A DNA stretch of 64,000 nt from an uncultured Pseudobdellovibrionaceae bacterium (GCA_963803705.1 CAWDNU010000004.1:864001-928000), one strand, 5' to 3'; shown: positions 1 to 10,917, counted from the first letter of the stretch. Notes: generated from the sequence alone by a model not told the origin. Numbers and translations are program-made.

Positions 1-698
1 AAATTAATGACTGTTTTTTGATCATGAGTTTCCATTAGTCGTTCATGGGTATGACCTGCAATAAAGACGTCTGCAGAAAAAATTTTTAACTGACGATTAG
101 CATATGATCTAAATTTATTTTTAACGATTCTAGATTTTTCATTAGACCTGACTTTGGTGGTCTTAGAACTTTGTTTAGAAAAATAATAGCCAATACCAGC
201 CACTATAAAGTCGGGTACAATCTTGTGGCTAAGAAATTTAAGCCAGTTTTTTCTTAAAAATCTTCTTAGAAATAAGTAATTTTTGTCTTCTGGATCAAAT
301 AAATCACCATGTTCTAATACTATTTTTTTGTTGTTAATTTCAACAATCTTTCGCTCTGGAACAACTTCAAATCCGTACCTTTCAGTTAGAGACTTAAATA
401 GGTGAACATCATGGTTGCCCTCGAAGAAAATGACTTCTGAATTTTCTTTATTATAGCGACTAAGTTTTTCAAGTAATATTTTGGACTTAGCCTTTACAGG
501 AGAAGCGTCTCCGAACCAAAAATCAAAAATATCACCAACTAAAAATAGTTGAGCATTGCTGTTTATATTATTAAGGTAGTCTACGAAGTTTACCAAACGT
601 TCGATATCTTCTGATTTTGCGCCTCTTAAATGCAAATCTGACATAAAAAAAGCAACAAAGCTTTGGCCTTGTTGCTTATATAGGTCTTTTGCGTTCAT
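1..698 (-). CDS. lpxH: UDP-2,3-diacylglucosamine diphosphatase (metallophosphoesterase), runs off window start
   Basis: Manual translation from ATG at 698 gives MNAKDLY...SDLHL...LVGDIFDFW...EGNHD...LEHGDLF...AGHTH, the full calcineurin-like motif set; absent from the ORF track because truncated. Confidence 0.85.
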   Translation of the reverse strand, partial: MNAKDLYKQQGQSFVAFFMSDLHLRGAKSEDIERLVNFVDYLNNINSNAQLFLVGDIFDFWFGDASPVKAKSKILLEKLSRYNKENSEVIFFEGNHDVHLFKSLTERYGFEVVPERKIVEINNKKIVLEHGDLFDPEDKNYLFLRRFLRKNWLKFLSHKIVPDFIVAGIGYYFSKQSSKTTKVRSNEKSRIVKNKFRSYANRQLKIFSADVFIAGHTHERLMETHDQKTVIN

Positions 699-704
699 AA
701 CTAT

Positions 705-2408
705 TTATCGATCACGCAAATATGCGGGCACATCAACAGAAGTATCTGACTTCTTTTCTTCTTTATTATCTAAACCTTTCTCATTCATTGATTTTGCGAC
801 ATCCATCGCATTCTGGGGAGCTTGGCTATTAAGAGAATTATGACTAGAAGAATGTTGAACTCTTTCAGTTTTAACACGTTCTTGTTCTTCCCTAAATGCA
901 CGAGCTTTAGCTAAAAGCTCGTCCCTTGGAGTAGCGCCAGGTTCAGCCATTTCATTTTCAACCAAAGGTTTATTGCTTTGAGATTCAAAAATTTTAGGCC
1001 TAGTCATTTCAGGCATAGATGTATGACTGCGCTCTGCATCTCTTGATTCATGTTGCGAGCTTGCACGCTGAGTCTGAACCGGAGATATCGGTGTGGGACG
1101 TTCGTCCTCGAATTTACGGGTTTCAGAGGGCGTCTGGTCGGTCGACTGCTGATAAGGATTTACTTCAGGTCTTACCTGAAACGAATCCTTTACAGAACTT
1201 GAGCTTGAACTTGAACTTGAAATTGAATTTGAATTTAAATTTAAATTTGAGCCTGGCGCCGCATCTTGAATCTGCCGTTCACGGCTAGAACCGTAGCTAG
1301 ACTGGTTCGATGAATGTTGAGGGATTTGGCTTTGTTCTATGTTCTGCCTTAGCACATCTTTGGCCTTAGCGACCATCATATCATGAGCGGTCTGGGTGTT
1401 TATGTTTGAGTTTGTATGGTTCACCATATGGCGTTCCGGTTGGACTGAATTAGGCTGGTCAAAACCTGTGGCAATAACTGTAACCCTTACTTCATCACCC
1501 ATTTTTTCGTCAATAACAGCACCAAAAATAATTTCAGCATCTTCGTGGGCAGCCTCAGTAATAAGTGTAGATGCTTCATTGACCTCCCAAAGGGTTAGAC
1601 CAGGCCCACCTGTCACATTAATAATAATACCTGTGGCTCCTTCGATGGAAACATTTTCCAGTAATGGCGAATTAATTGAAAACTTAGCCGCCTCTACAGC
1701 ACGTCCTTGTCCAGATGATAAACCAGATCCCATAATAGCCATACCTTTTGCCGACATTACAGTTCTTATATCTGCAAAATCTAAATTTATCAGACCACGA
1801 ATGTTGATTAGATCTGAAATGCCCTTTACGGCTTGATATAAAACTTCGTCAGCTTTTTTAAAAGTATCTATCAAAGGCGTGTTTTCGTTCGATACAGCCA
1901 ATAGCTTTTGATTAGGAATAACAATCAGAGTATCTACATTTTCTTGCAATTCTTGGATGCCAAGATCTGCATGTTTTCCTCTTTTCTTACCTTCAAACAT
2001 AAAAGGTTTAGTCACAACACCAATGGTTAGTGCCCCAAGCTCCTTAGCAATTTTTGCTACAACAGGTGCTCCGCCAGTTCCAGTTCCGCCGCCCATTCCA
2101 GCCGTAACGAAAACCATGTCAGAGCCTTCTAACTGCTCGACAATGGAATTATAAGATTCGATCGCAGCACGTTTGCCGATTTCAGGATTAGCTCCTGCGC
2201 CGAGTCCTTTTGTCAGTTCTGTGCCTAAGCGGATTTTGCCATCCGCTTTATTCGCCGCCAGAGCTTGAACGTCTGTGTTAGCAACAACAAATTCAACGCC
2301 ATCAAGACCGTTATCCATCATTGTTTGGACAGCGTTACTACCGCCGCCACCTACACCTACAACTTTTATTGTTGCACCAACATTTGGGCTTTCTTCTATT
2401 TCAAACAT
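705..2408 (-). CDS. ftsZ: Cell division protein FtsZ with long disordered C-terminal linker
   Basis: [17 protein letters not shown] tubulin signature, INLDFAD, C-terminal DVPAYLR peptide. Confidence 0.99.
   Translation of the reverse strand: MFEIEESPNVGATIKVVGVGGGGSNAVQTMMDNGLDGVEFVVANTDVQALAANKADGKIRLGTELTKGLGAGANPEIGKRAAIESYNSIVEQLEGSDMVFVTAGMGGGTGTGGAPVVAKIAKELGALTIGVVTKPFMFEGKKRGKHADLGIQELQENVDTLIVIPNQKLLAVSNENTPLIDTFKKADEVLYQAVKGISDLINIRGLINLDFADIRTVMSAKGMAIMGSGLSSGQGRAVEAAKFSINSPLLENVSIEGATGIIINVTGGPGLTLWEVNEASTLITEAAHEDAEIIFGAVIDEKMGDEVRVTVIATGFDQPNSVQPERHMVNHTNSNINTQTAHDMMVAKAKDVLRQNIEQSQIPQHSSNQSSYGSSRERQIQDAAPGSNLNLNSNSISSSSSSSSSVKDSFQVRPEVNPYQQSTDQTPSETRKFEDERPTPISPVQTQRASSQHESRDAERSHTSMPEMTRPKIFESQSNKPLVENEMAEPGATPRDELLAKARAFREEQERVKTERVQHSSSHNSLNSQAPQNAMDVAKSMNEKGLDNKEEKKSDTSVDVPAYLRDR
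1195..1254. repeat. Degenerate hexamer tandem repeat (10 units, gaactt/gagctt to gaattt/aaattt) in the ftsZ linker
   Basis: gaactt gagctt gaactt gaactt gaaatt gaattt gaattt aaattt aaattt gagcct; encodes the NLNLNSN and poly-Ser stretch. Confidence 0.85.
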
Positions 2409-2421
2409 GCATTCCCCCTAA

Positions 2422-3678
2422 TTATCCGAATAAGTCTTTAAACTGTTTTGTGATTGAATTTAAAATGTTGTCGCCGGTCGTCTTAACAGCATCTTTTTTC
2501 GCTTTGGCGACCAAGTCTTTTTTATCGATAGCGTCAAAGCCGTACTGCATAAGACCAATCGCTGCTGCCATATCACTGCTGCTTACACTATCCTTGATGG
2601 CAGAATTAACAACTGGAACGCCAAGTCTTATTGGCAAATCATAATTATAACGAGCTAAATCTATAAAGCCTTTCAGCTGACTAGCGCCACCTGTTAAAAT
2701 CAAACCTGCGCTCAGTTTTTTAAGCAGATTTTCTTTTTCTAAATGACCAAAAATAAGTTTGAAGACTTCATCCGCTCTGGGTTCGATGATTTGACAGATA
2801 TTTTTTCTGGAAATTGTTCTAAAGGAATTATCTCCCACATTTGGAACCTCGACCATTTCATCTAATTCCGAGGATTGGGGCAAACAATGACCGTATTTAA
2901 TTTTAATGTTTTCTGCATCTTTTGGTGAAGTTCTTAGTCCGATAGAAAGGTCTTGGGTAAAATGGTTCCCACCAATAGGGATCGACGCTGTATGGATAAC
3001 TGCGCCCTCTTTATAACAAATAAGATCTGTTGTGCCGCCACCAACGTCAATAAGACAAGACCCTAATTCTTTTTCATCCTCGGTCATAACTGAAAGTGAA
3101 GAGGCTAACTGTTGCAAAACAAAACCTTTTACTTTCAAGCCTGCTAGCTCAACGCATTTTGTGGCATTAGGAAAAAACGACTTGTCACCAGTGATCATGT
3201 GAACATCTACTTCTAATCGCACGCCACGGATTCCTAGTGGATTTCTGATACCACGGTAACCATCAATAAAAAACTCTTTCGGAAGCACATGTAAAACCTG
3301 CTGATCATCCGGCATTACGACTGCTTGTGCAGTTTTAATAACTCTGTCCAAATCTGATTTAGTGACCTCTCCTGATTCTATGGCTAGCATACCATTAGAG
3401 TCTTTAGATTTAACGTGTGCCCCACCACAACTTACCCAGGCAGAATTAACATAGCGTCCAGACATTTCTTCAGCAGCTTCTTTAGCTTTTTTAATGGCTT
3501 CAGTTGTTTTTGCAATATCGACAATAGATCCGTTTTTAATACCCTTATTTTTAGCTTTGCCTAGACCAATGATTTTAAAACTTTCTAGAGTTGCCTCGGC
3601 AAGAATAGCAGTGACATGCGTGGACCCTATGTCTAGTCCGAATATTAATGATCGATGGTTCGACATCCAATTTTCCAT
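2422..3678 (-). CDS. ftsA: Cell division protein FtsA
   Basis: GLDIGS, IDVGGGTTD, LTGGAS actin-like motifs; upstream of ftsZ. Confidence 0.98.
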   Translation of the reverse strand: MENWMSNHRSLIFGLDIGSTHVTAILAEATLESFKIIGLGKAKNKGIKNGSIVDIAKTTEAIKKAKEAAEEMSGRYVNSAWVSCGGAHVKSKDSNGMLAIESGEVTKSDLDRVIKTAQAVVMPDDQQVLHVLPKEFFIDGYRGIRNPLGIRGVRLEVDVHMITGDKSFFPNATKCVELAGLKVKGFVLQQLASSLSVMTEDEKELGSCLIDVGGGTTDLICYKEGAVIHTASIPIGGNHFTQDLSIGLRTSPKDAENIKIKYGHCLPQSSELDEMVEVPNVGDNSFRTISRKNICQIIEPRADEVFKLIFGHLEKENLLKKLSAGLILTGGASQLKGFIDLARYNYDLPIRLGVPVVNSAIKDSVSSSDMAAAIGLMQYGFDAIDKKDLVAKAKKDAVKTTGDNILNSITKQFKDLFG

Positions 3679-3780
3679 TTTATGCTGCCTTGTCTAAAAG
3701 ATGAATTCCTAGTCTATAGGTTAGGAAGCATTACGCATGTAGACAAGTCTTTTCTCAAAGATTACAAAGCAATAACGCGC

Positions 3781-4512
3781 TTAATCTTTCTTAGTCATAG
3801 GTCGAACTAAAATCTTATGTAAAGCTTGGGAATCTATAAACTCTACGCTTATTTTTTCTCTTTTTAAATAGGCAATAACGTTGCTTACTCTTTTTATCTG
3901 AGTGGGTGTATCATTGCCGCTCATGTAGACCTTGTAACCCTCTGACAATAGAACCGAAATACCGCGCTTATCGTGAGCTACTTCTGAAACTGCTTTTAAA
4001 CCTATTGTTGAATTTGGCGAATCAAATGCTGCTAAAATGCTAAAGCAGTTTTCACGAAAATCTTGATTCGTCAAAAGAATTTCAGAAGTAAAAATCGGCA
4101 GGTCTAAGGTCTGACGACTTGAAACTTGCCTTAAAACTGCTCCTTTTTTGTTAACCAAATACCACTGATTTTTTTTGTACATCATAGCTTTTGGTTTTGA
4201 AATATAAGCATTTATTTTAAACGGCTGTTGATGGTCCCAAGCCCACCTCGCATCTTCGACAAAAGGCAAGTCAAGTAAGACTCTGAAAACACTTGCAAAT
4301 TCTGCAACAAAAGTCTTTGGACTTAAAGAGGCTGCGAAAGATTTGTTTATAGCCTCAAGTTCTTTTAGTTGTCTCGACGTTAAATTCCAGTTCTCTTGCG
4401 CAATCAGTTCGATCTTAGGCTGGAAATCCATATCTTTTTTCAATTCAAAAAAACAAAGAGATAAAACAAAGATGCTTAAACTAAAAATTAAAAGCTTCTT
4501 AAAAGTTCTCAT
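3781..4512 (-). CDS. ftsQ: Cell division protein FtsQ/DivIB-like
   Basis: N-terminal TM, POTRA-like LPFVEDA segment, YLVNKKGAVL...DLPIF; position before ftsA. Confidence 0.7.
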   Translation of the reverse strand: MRTFKKLLIFSLSIFVLSLCFFELKKDMDFQPKIELIAQENWNLTSRQLKELEAINKSFAASLSPKTFVAEFASVFRVLLDLPFVEDARWAWDHQQPFKINAYISKPKAMMYKKNQWYLVNKKGAVLRQVSSRQTLDLPIFTSEILLTNQDFRENCFSILAAFDSPNSTIGLKAVSEVAHDKRGISVLLSEGYKVYMSGNDTPTQIKRVSNVIAYLKREKISVEFIDSQALHKILVRPMTKKD

Positions 4513-4590
4513 AACTTAAGCTTAAGCCTTCATCAGCCTAATTGACAATTTAGACCTTTGGTCTGGTCAAAAAATTAATTTGAACTGCAG

Positions 4591-6054
4591 CTAAAATTTT
4601 AGCGAGGCATTTGTTCCCAAAGTAAAGGAAACTTTACTTATATCTGCGTTCGGTTCAGAAGAATTTAAGGTGTAGGACTCTAGGCTTAGTAGGCCACTGA
4701 AGTAAAATCTAGATTTGTAGGTGCGAGTGTAAATGCCAGCGAAAGTTAAAGAGTTGAAGTCAAAATCTGTGATATTAATTGATCCCTCTGCGGTTTTTGA
4801 AATCAAAGACAAGGTGTACTCTTGCTTATTATCTATCTGGTGTTTGAAGTTAGCTCTAAAAAATCCAACTTCATTTTTGAAGTTAGATTCATCTTGGCTA
4901 CCACTTCCAATCAAAAAGTTTGCCACAAAATCTAGGCCCGTGTATCTCAAACCGAACCTGAAAATATTTAAACTGCTTGATTGTTGAAATTCGCTTCCAT
5001 ATTTAACACCAATATTCATCGAAGTAACAGGTGAAAGCTCCAAACTAAATTTGCCGTAATCGAATCCAAATTCAATAAAGCTAGTTTCATTAAGCCTGTA
5101 GTCAGTGGCGTTTAAATCTTCAGGTCGCCATTCATACTGCCCACCCACTAATAAGATATTAGGATCAGCCATTAATGAAACGTGAGTGTATTCTGCTTTC
5201 ATTCGGTAGTAAAAATGAGTTTGCGGTTCGGCATGAGTTCCATCGGCAATAGGACCCGCTCCTGTAGTTATCAGGTGTTGGTAACCGTAAGCACCTGTAC
5301 TAAGTTCATTTCTTAGAAACGGAGAAAAATTATTAGATCTAGAGTCAGAACCTCCGTACCTTGAACCCGTGCTCAGCCACATACCAAGTAAGGATATATT
5401 TTCATAAATCTCTGGTCGCGGATAAAATTTTTGACGCCTAATAAACTTGGACAATTCTTTGTGTCCTGCTTGAAGACGATCAAATTCTCTTTTGATATCC
5501 ACCGCATCTGCAAAAAGTTTTTGAGGAATAATCTCTTGGTTTTTCGATGCAGTGGTTTTGCGGCAATGGGTAAAGGGGTAGGGCTCCATAAAACTTAAAG
5601 ACTTCGTGGCGCTTACTTTAGATTTAAAAACAACCGGAGTTTTTACTTTTTTTATTTTCCACAAATTTGTTTTTTCTACTAGCACCTCGTCCCTAGATGT
5701 TGTCAAAAAGGAAACTTGATCATCTGTGAAGTTTATCGCCCACCCTTTCAGTAAAGGCCGTATGGTCTTGCCATACCTAGACTGGATATCATAGTACTGA
5801 CTTTTTATACGGGTAGATGTTTTAGCCACAGGCATGTAATCAATAGGATAAGTAGATAGGTAAATAGCTTGATAGCGGGGAAAAGTCCTTATCTTGCCAT
5901 TTATAGTTAAAATATCAAATGACTGATCACGAACATCGATAATACTTCCAACCACACGATTACAATTACCGTAATAAACGCCGTAAAGATCCAGAGCCCA
6001 AGCTTGAGAAAAATAAAATATATTTAGTAAAATAAGCAAAAGATTTTTTTTCAT
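4591..6054 (-). CDS. Uncharacterised secreted/outer-membrane protein (paralog of 6063-7607)
   Basis: Signal peptide (AWA), amphipathic beta-strand C-terminal half, terminal Phe (NASLKF). Confidence 0.75.
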   Translation of the reverse strand: MKKNLLLILLNIFYFSQAWALDLYGVYYGNCNRVVGSIIDVRDQSFDILTINGKIRTFPRYQAIYLSTYPIDYMPVAKTSTRIKSQYYDIQSRYGKTIRPLLKGWAINFTDDQVSFLTTSRDEVLVEKTNLWKIKKVKTPVVFKSKVSATKSLSFMEPYPFTHCRKTTASKNQEIIPQKLFADAVDIKREFDRLQAGHKELSKFIRRQKFYPRPEIYENISLLGMWLSTGSRYGGSDSRSNNFSPFLRNELSTGAYGYQHLITTGAGPIADGTHAEPQTHFYYRMKAEYTHVSLMADPNILLVGGQYEWRPEDLNATDYRLNETSFIEFGFDYGKFSLELSPVTSMNIGVKYGSEFQQSSSLNIFRFGLRYTGLDFVANFLIGSGSQDESNFKNEVGFFRANFKHQIDNKQEYTLSLISKTAEGSINITDFDFNSLTFAGIYTRTYKSRFYFSGLLSLESYTLNSSEPNADISKVSFTLGTNASLKF

Positions 6055-6062
6055 ATTTAATC

Positions 6063-7607
6063 CTAAAATACTATTGAACCTTGAAAGCCAAAACCTAAGT
6101 TGCTAGTTGTTTTATCAAATGTAGATCCGCCTAAATTTCCATCGACAGCATCTATCAGGTAGGTCCCCCTGACACCAAAACTCACATAATCACCAAACGT
6201 TTTTTGAGCAAATGCGGTTGCTCCTAATCGAGCCAAAGAGATTGTACCTGAACCTGGCTGCTCGAAATATTTCATGCTATGGAAGATCCCATTCACACCA
6301 AGCCTGGTATCCTCGGCTATGTCATAGTCTACACCTGATCTTACGAAAAAAGAATTTACAGAATAGCTTGTGGGCAAGATTTCTGTACCACTAGAAAAAG
6401 CTTCAATATTGTCTTCATTTGGGTTTGCAACATCTTTATCTCTTAAAGATGTGGTTACATAAAATCTAAAGAATTTATTAGTGTACATGTATCTGAACCC
6501 GTAGGAATTGCTTGTTGCAAGGATTTCCCTTACCTCGTCTTCGGCACCAAAAATGTATACTGGGTAGTACAAAGACACAGACAACGAATGCGGGCCATAG
6601 TCGCCCCCAACAAGTGCTGAATAATTTAGTCCAGAGTCTACAAAGTGACTGGAAATTCGCTGACCACCACTTGCTGATAAATCTTTGGAATTAATCAAAT
6701 AACTCGTGCCTGCTGAAAGCCCTTCAAAATTACCAGTGAAAATTGCGTGAAAAAAATGAGCTTTAATTTCAGTTTTGAATCCAAGTATTGGATCTAGGTC
6801 AGCTCCGAACTCATTAAAAATTTTACCAAGACTATTTAGACTTTGCACTCGGTAGGGACGTCCCGTCGACCATTCTATAAAAGGCAAGTCATTGTTAAAT
6901 CCGCTTTGCTCTACAATCTTCTGATTCTGAATACCAAATCTTGTTTTTTGCGCGTAAAGAATTGGCCTTGCATAAACGTATGTTCGCTCTTGAAAACTTC
7001 TTAAGCTATCGTAGCCAATTTTATAGTTAGAAAGAAATTGCTGTATCTTAATTTTATCTATTAAAATTCGATTAGGCCTTACTCTTCCCCTTCGTCCATT
7101 CTTAGAACAGGTCTGAATATATCCTTTAGATTGTATGTCTAAGCCCTTGTTCTTGAAGCTTTTATTCAAGGCTTCACCACTGTAAGGTCGGATTCTAACA
7201 ATAGAGTCAAGCTTGTGAACTCTAACACCCCCGTTTAGTCCTAAAAACACCACAAGATCTTCGATGAATTGGACAGGTAGTCCAGAAAAAACGTCCTCGT
7301 CGGAATCATTAAGAACTGTCAGAGTTTTTAAGTGATCAATGTTTTTATTTGCGAAACTTAGTTTTCTGAGCGGTGGGGTTACAAAGTTAAATATCAGAAT
7401 ACCTTTGATATCTTCTCGGTTGAAAGTAATGTTACGTCCGTTGACGGTCAGAAAACTATACTTATTATTATTTTCAGCCACAAAATAGCCCGTTGTTTCT
7501 TTACAGTTTTGATCAAAGATTGAGTAAAATTCAATTGCAGAAGCTAGTTGGGAAAATAAAAGCAAGTATAAGAAAATAATTAGCGAATTGGAAACTTGTT
7601 TTAACAT
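6063..7607 (-). CDS. Uncharacterised secreted/outer-membrane protein (paralog of 4591-6054)
   Basis: Signal peptide (ASA), beta-strand C-terminal half, terminal Phe (QGSIVF). Confidence 0.75.
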   Translation of the reverse strand: MLKQVSNSLIIFLYLLLFSQLASAIEFYSIFDQNCKETTGYFVAENNNKYSFLTVNGRNITFNREDIKGILIFNFVTPPLRKLSFANKNIDHLKTLTVLNDSDEDVFSGLPVQFIEDLVVFLGLNGGVRVHKLDSIVRIRPYSGEALNKSFKNKGLDIQSKGYIQTCSKNGRRGRVRPNRILIDKIKIQQFLSNYKIGYDSLRSFQERTYVYARPILYAQKTRFGIQNQKIVEQSGFNNDLPFIEWSTGRPYRVQSLNSLGKIFNEFGADLDPILGFKTEIKAHFFHAIFTGNFEGLSAGTSYLINSKDLSASGGQRISSHFVDSGLNYSALVGGDYGPHSLSVSLYYPVYIFGAEDEVREILATSNSYGFRYMYTNKFFRFYVTTSLRDKDVANPNEDNIEAFSSGTEILPTSYSVNSFFVRSGVDYDIAEDTRLGVNGIFHSMKYFEQPGSGTISLARLGATAFAQKTFGDYVSFGVRGTYLIDAVDGNLGGSTFDKTTSNLGFGFQGSIVF

Positions 7608-7636
7608 TGCTCTTTCACCTGTAAAAATTTACTTAT

Positions 7637-8542
7637 TTACTTATTTACTTTTGACGTATTTATCAAAAGCTGAACTATGTCTTTGAAGGTGTAACCACTA
7701 TGGGCTGCAGCTTTTGGAAGTAGCGAAGTTGGGGTCATACCTGGTAGAGTATTGACTTCTAGAGTAAAAATTTTTTCATCAATATCCAACATAAAATCTA
7801 CTCTTGCGTAGGCGCTTAATTCAAAACGATCATAAATTTTTTCAGAGTACATTTTCAAATTTTTGATTGTTTGTTCTTTCAAAGGAGCTGGAATTAGATA
7901 GTCAGTCTTTCCAGCTGTGTATTTATTTTCGTAATTATAAAATCCATCTTTTGGTTTAATCAATATTGGTTCAAGGGCTTCGCCGTTTAGCAAACCAATC
8001 GTAACATCATGCCCCTCGACGAATTGTTCTACAAGAACTTCAGAAAAAGTGAGCAGGGCGACTTCTAAGTTTTTTAAATATTCGTCTTCGTCTTTACAAA
8101 TAAAAATACCCACACTCGAGCCGTCTTGGTTAGGCTTTATCAAAACAGGAAATCTATTAGGTCGCTTGTAGTCGTCTATTCTTTGGTTGCTATTTTTAAA
8201 GATCAGAAAGCCTTCTGGTGTTGGAATGTCCAAGTCCCTAAATATTTGTTTAGATTTTTCCTTATGAAAGGATAAGGCTGAAGCGAGAACGCCGCTACCC
8301 GAGTAGGGCAACTTTAAATATTCGCAAATCCCCTGAACTATTCCATCCTCGCCATAACGTCCATGCAGTGCAATTAAAGCGCATTCGAAAGCTCTAGATT
8401 TTAGATTTTCAATCAAAAGATTGTCGGCTTCAAAAACAATGAAGTCTTTATTCATGGCCTTTAATGCTTCTTGGAATGCCTTAGAGGTACTACGACTTAT
8501 TTCAGCCTCTGAGCCGGACCCGCCTTGAATGACTGCAATCAT
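7637..8542 (-). CDS. ddl: D-alanine--D-alanine ligase
   Basis: LHGRYGEDG, GSSVG, LEVNTLPGMT; probable start ATG 8542 with AGGAG RBS (ORF track starts at 8563). Confidence 0.97.
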   Translation of the reverse strand: MIAVIQGGSGSEAEISRSTSKAFQEALKAMNKDFIVFEADNLLIENLKSRAFECALIALHGRYGEDGIVQGICEYLKLPYSGSGVLASALSFHKEKSKQIFRDLDIPTPEGFLIFKNSNQRIDDYKRPNRFPVLIKPNQDGSSVGIFICKDEDEYLKNLEVALLTFSEVLVEQFVEGHDVTIGLLNGEALEPILIKPKDGFYNYENKYTAGKTDYLIPAPLKEQTIKNLKMYSEKIYDRFELSAYARVDFMLDIDEKIFTLEVNTLPGMTPTSLLPKAAAHSGYTFKDIVQLLINTSKVNK

Positions 8543-8544
8543 TT

Positions 8545-9477
8545 TTACTCCTGATGATCCCAAGGACCTAAATAAACAACTTCAGTATGTAGACTTACAT
8601 GATACTTTTCAAAGACTTTAGTTTTTACGTGTTGAATCACTTCGTGAATATCTTGTGAAGTAGCCCCACCTGTATTCACAATAAAATTGGCGTGCTTGTA
8701 GGACACTTGAGCGCCACCTATCTGAAAACCTTTCAAGTCTAATGATTCAATAAGCTGGCCCGATTTATGATCAAGTGGATTTACAAATACAGAACCGCAG
8801 CTTGGTTTGTCCCAAGGCTGCTTTAATTTTCTATTACTAATAGCTCCCTTAACTTTGTTCGGTATCTCTTCATCAGGCTGCATCGGGTATGTTAAATCAA
8901 CTTCAAATATAAAACCAGGATTCCAGTTTTTAGATGACCGGTAAGACCAGTTAATTTCACTTCCGCTATAGTCTTTTATTTTAAAAGTTACGCCAAGGTC
9001 CTGGCTGCTTTGCCACGATAGTACCTTAAACGATTTCACTATGTCACCGAACTCTTTAGGAAATATGGCTTCCGACACCCCTGCGTTCATAACCACTCCT
9101 CCACCTACGTCTCCGGGGATACCAGACAAGAATAGGGCCGGCTTAAGTTTATATTTAAGAAATAATCGCATGACTTTGTACTTTGGAGCCCCGGATTCAC
9201 ACCTTAAAACCAAGTGATCATCTTCAGATAAAACATCAACGTTCTGAAACTTCTTTGAACACAGCACCAAGCCCAGAAATCCTTGATCACTTATTAACGT
9301 ATTTGACCCCTGACCCAAAAAACAAATTTCTAATTGGCATTTGACAGCCCACAAGATGGCCTCTTGATATTGATGTAAATCGCTGGGCATAGCAAAAAAT
9401 TTAGCTTCACCACCTGTTTTCCATGTGTTGAAGCTTTTCAAACTGATATTTTCTTGAATAAAGTCAGGTCGGCTCAT
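8545..9477 (-). CDS. murB: UDP-N-acetylmuramate dehydrogenase
   Basis: GQGSN, GIPGDVGG..MNAG, PSCGSVFVNP, HANF. Confidence 0.97.
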   Translation of the reverse strand: MSRPDFIQENISLKSFNTWKTGGEAKFFAMPSDLHQYQEAILWAVKCQLEICFLGQGSNTLISDQGFLGLVLCSKKFQNVDVLSEDDHLVLRCESGAPKYKVMRLFLKYKLKPALFLSGIPGDVGGGVVMNAGVSEAIFPKEFGDIVKSFKVLSWQSSQDLGVTFKIKDYSGSEINWSYRSSKNWNPGFIFEVDLTYPMQPDEEIPNKVKGAISNRKLKQPWDKPSCGSVFVNPLDHKSGQLIESLDLKGFQIGGAQVSYKHANFIVNTGGATSQDIHEVIQHVKTKVFEKYHVSLHTEVVYLGPWDHQE

Positions 9478-9510
9478 AAATCCCGCTTCTTTAAAAATCC
9501 GGTGCGCATT

Positions 9511-10872
9511 TTAAGCATAAAATTTTGGGGTTAGTTGATTTATGTTACCCGCCCCCAAAACAATTACAACGTCGTCTTGCTTAAGTTCTGGCTGAAGCTT
9601 GGCGTAAACAATATCTAGGTCGCCAGAAACCCACTGGGTATTATTGATGCCTGATTTGTCTTGAATTTCCTTAACCAGGCGCTCGGAATTTATATTGTCA
9701 ATCGCAACTTCACCAGCTGCGTAAACATCTGTTATATACAAACAGTCCGGAACACTGAAGCAATCTAAAAAGTCTTTCCAGCAAGACTTCACTCTTGAGT
9801 ATCTGTGGGGTTGAAAAATAGCAACAATTCTTTTTTCAGGATATTTCTCTTTTACAGCGTCTAAAACGTTTCTGACTTCTGTAGGATGGTGAGCATAGTC
9901 ATCAATAAAAATTGTTGAAGTTTTATTTTGTGGCTGAATTTGAAACCTTCTGCCTACGCCATCAAAATTCTCGATTCCTTTTGTTGCCGAATTGAACTCT
10001 AAGCCCAATGCTTCAATACCAACAATAATTGCTGCGATAGAATTAAGGGCGTTATGGTTTCCTGGTAGACTAGATTTGAATTCACCAATCGGTTTCCCAT
10101 CTAAGAAAACTTGGTAAACTGAATCACCTTTAGATTTTAGAACGTAATCACAGTCTTCACTAAACCCATATGAAAGGGATTTTTTAGGAAAGTTCGAAAA
10201 TATTTCTCTTAGGTCGTTGTCGTCACCGCAGTAAACAAGACGACCATAAAATGGAATTTTTTCTGCGAAATTTTGATACGCAAGTTTCAAATTCTCAAAG
10301 GTTCCGTAAAAATCTAAGTGGTCATTGTCAATATTAGTTATTATTGCAACTTCTGGCGAAAGCTTATCAAAAGATCCGTCACTTTCATCGGCTTCCGCGA
10401 CAAGCCAGTCTCCTTGCCCCCACTTAACATTGGAATTTATCCTTTTAATCACACCACCAACTATAACAGTGGGATCTAACCCTGAATCCATCAACATAGA
10501 AGCAACCAAGCTGGTCGTAGTGGTTTTGCCATGAGTACCAGCTACTGCTATTCCCCTACGTAACCGCATCAGCTCTGCCAGAGCTTCAGCTCTTCGTATT
10601 AAGGGTATCTTGTTTTTTAGAGCATAAAGATACTCAGGATTCTCCTTAGAAATAGCGCTTGTGTAAACCACTACATCTGGTTCGCTTAGATTGTTTTCAT
10701 CATGTCCGATGTGCACGGTGATGCCTAAGGTTTTTAGGTGGTTTGTCACCGAACCCTCTGCAGCATCACTTCCTGAAACCTTAGCTCCAAGAGAAAATAA
10801 TACCTCGGCCAAGCCGCTCATTCCGATACCGCCAATACCTATAAAATGAAATTTATTAGCAACTATTTTCAA
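9511..10872 (-). CDS. murC: UDP-N-acetylmuramate--L-alanine ligase
   Basis: GIGGIGMS, GTHGKTTT, EADESD, DDYAHHPTE, FQPHRYSR. Confidence 0.98.
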   Translation of the reverse strand: MKIVANKFHFIGIGGIGMSGLAEVLFSLGAKVSGSDAAEGSVTNHLKTLGITVHIGHDENNLSEPDVVVYTSAISKENPEYLYALKNKIPLIRRAEALAELMRLRRGIAVAGTHGKTTTTSLVASMLMDSGLDPTVIVGGVIKRINSNVKWGQGDWLVAEADESDGSFDKLSPEVAIITNIDNDHLDFYGTFENLKLAYQNFAEKIPFYGRLVYCGDDNDLREIFSNFPKKSLSYGFSEDCDYVLKSKGDSVYQVFLDGKPIGEFKSSLPGNHNALNSIAAIIVGIEALGLEFNSATKGIENFDGVGRRFQIQPQNKTSTIFIDDYAHHPTEVRNVLDAVKEKYPEKRIVAIFQPHRYSRVKSCWKDFLDCFSVPDCLYITDVYAAGEVAIDNINSERLVKEIQDKSGINNTQWVSGDLDIVYAKLQPELKQDDVVIVLGAGNINQLTPKFYA

Positions 10873-10917
10873 TGGTATTCCTTTTCACCCTAAAATTCAG
10901 CGTTTGATATTTAAATC

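Noticed and set aside
1019..1288. Plus-strand ORF with [13 protein letters not shown] repeat
   Set aside because: Antisense shadow of the ftsZ hexamer repeat; no independent evidence
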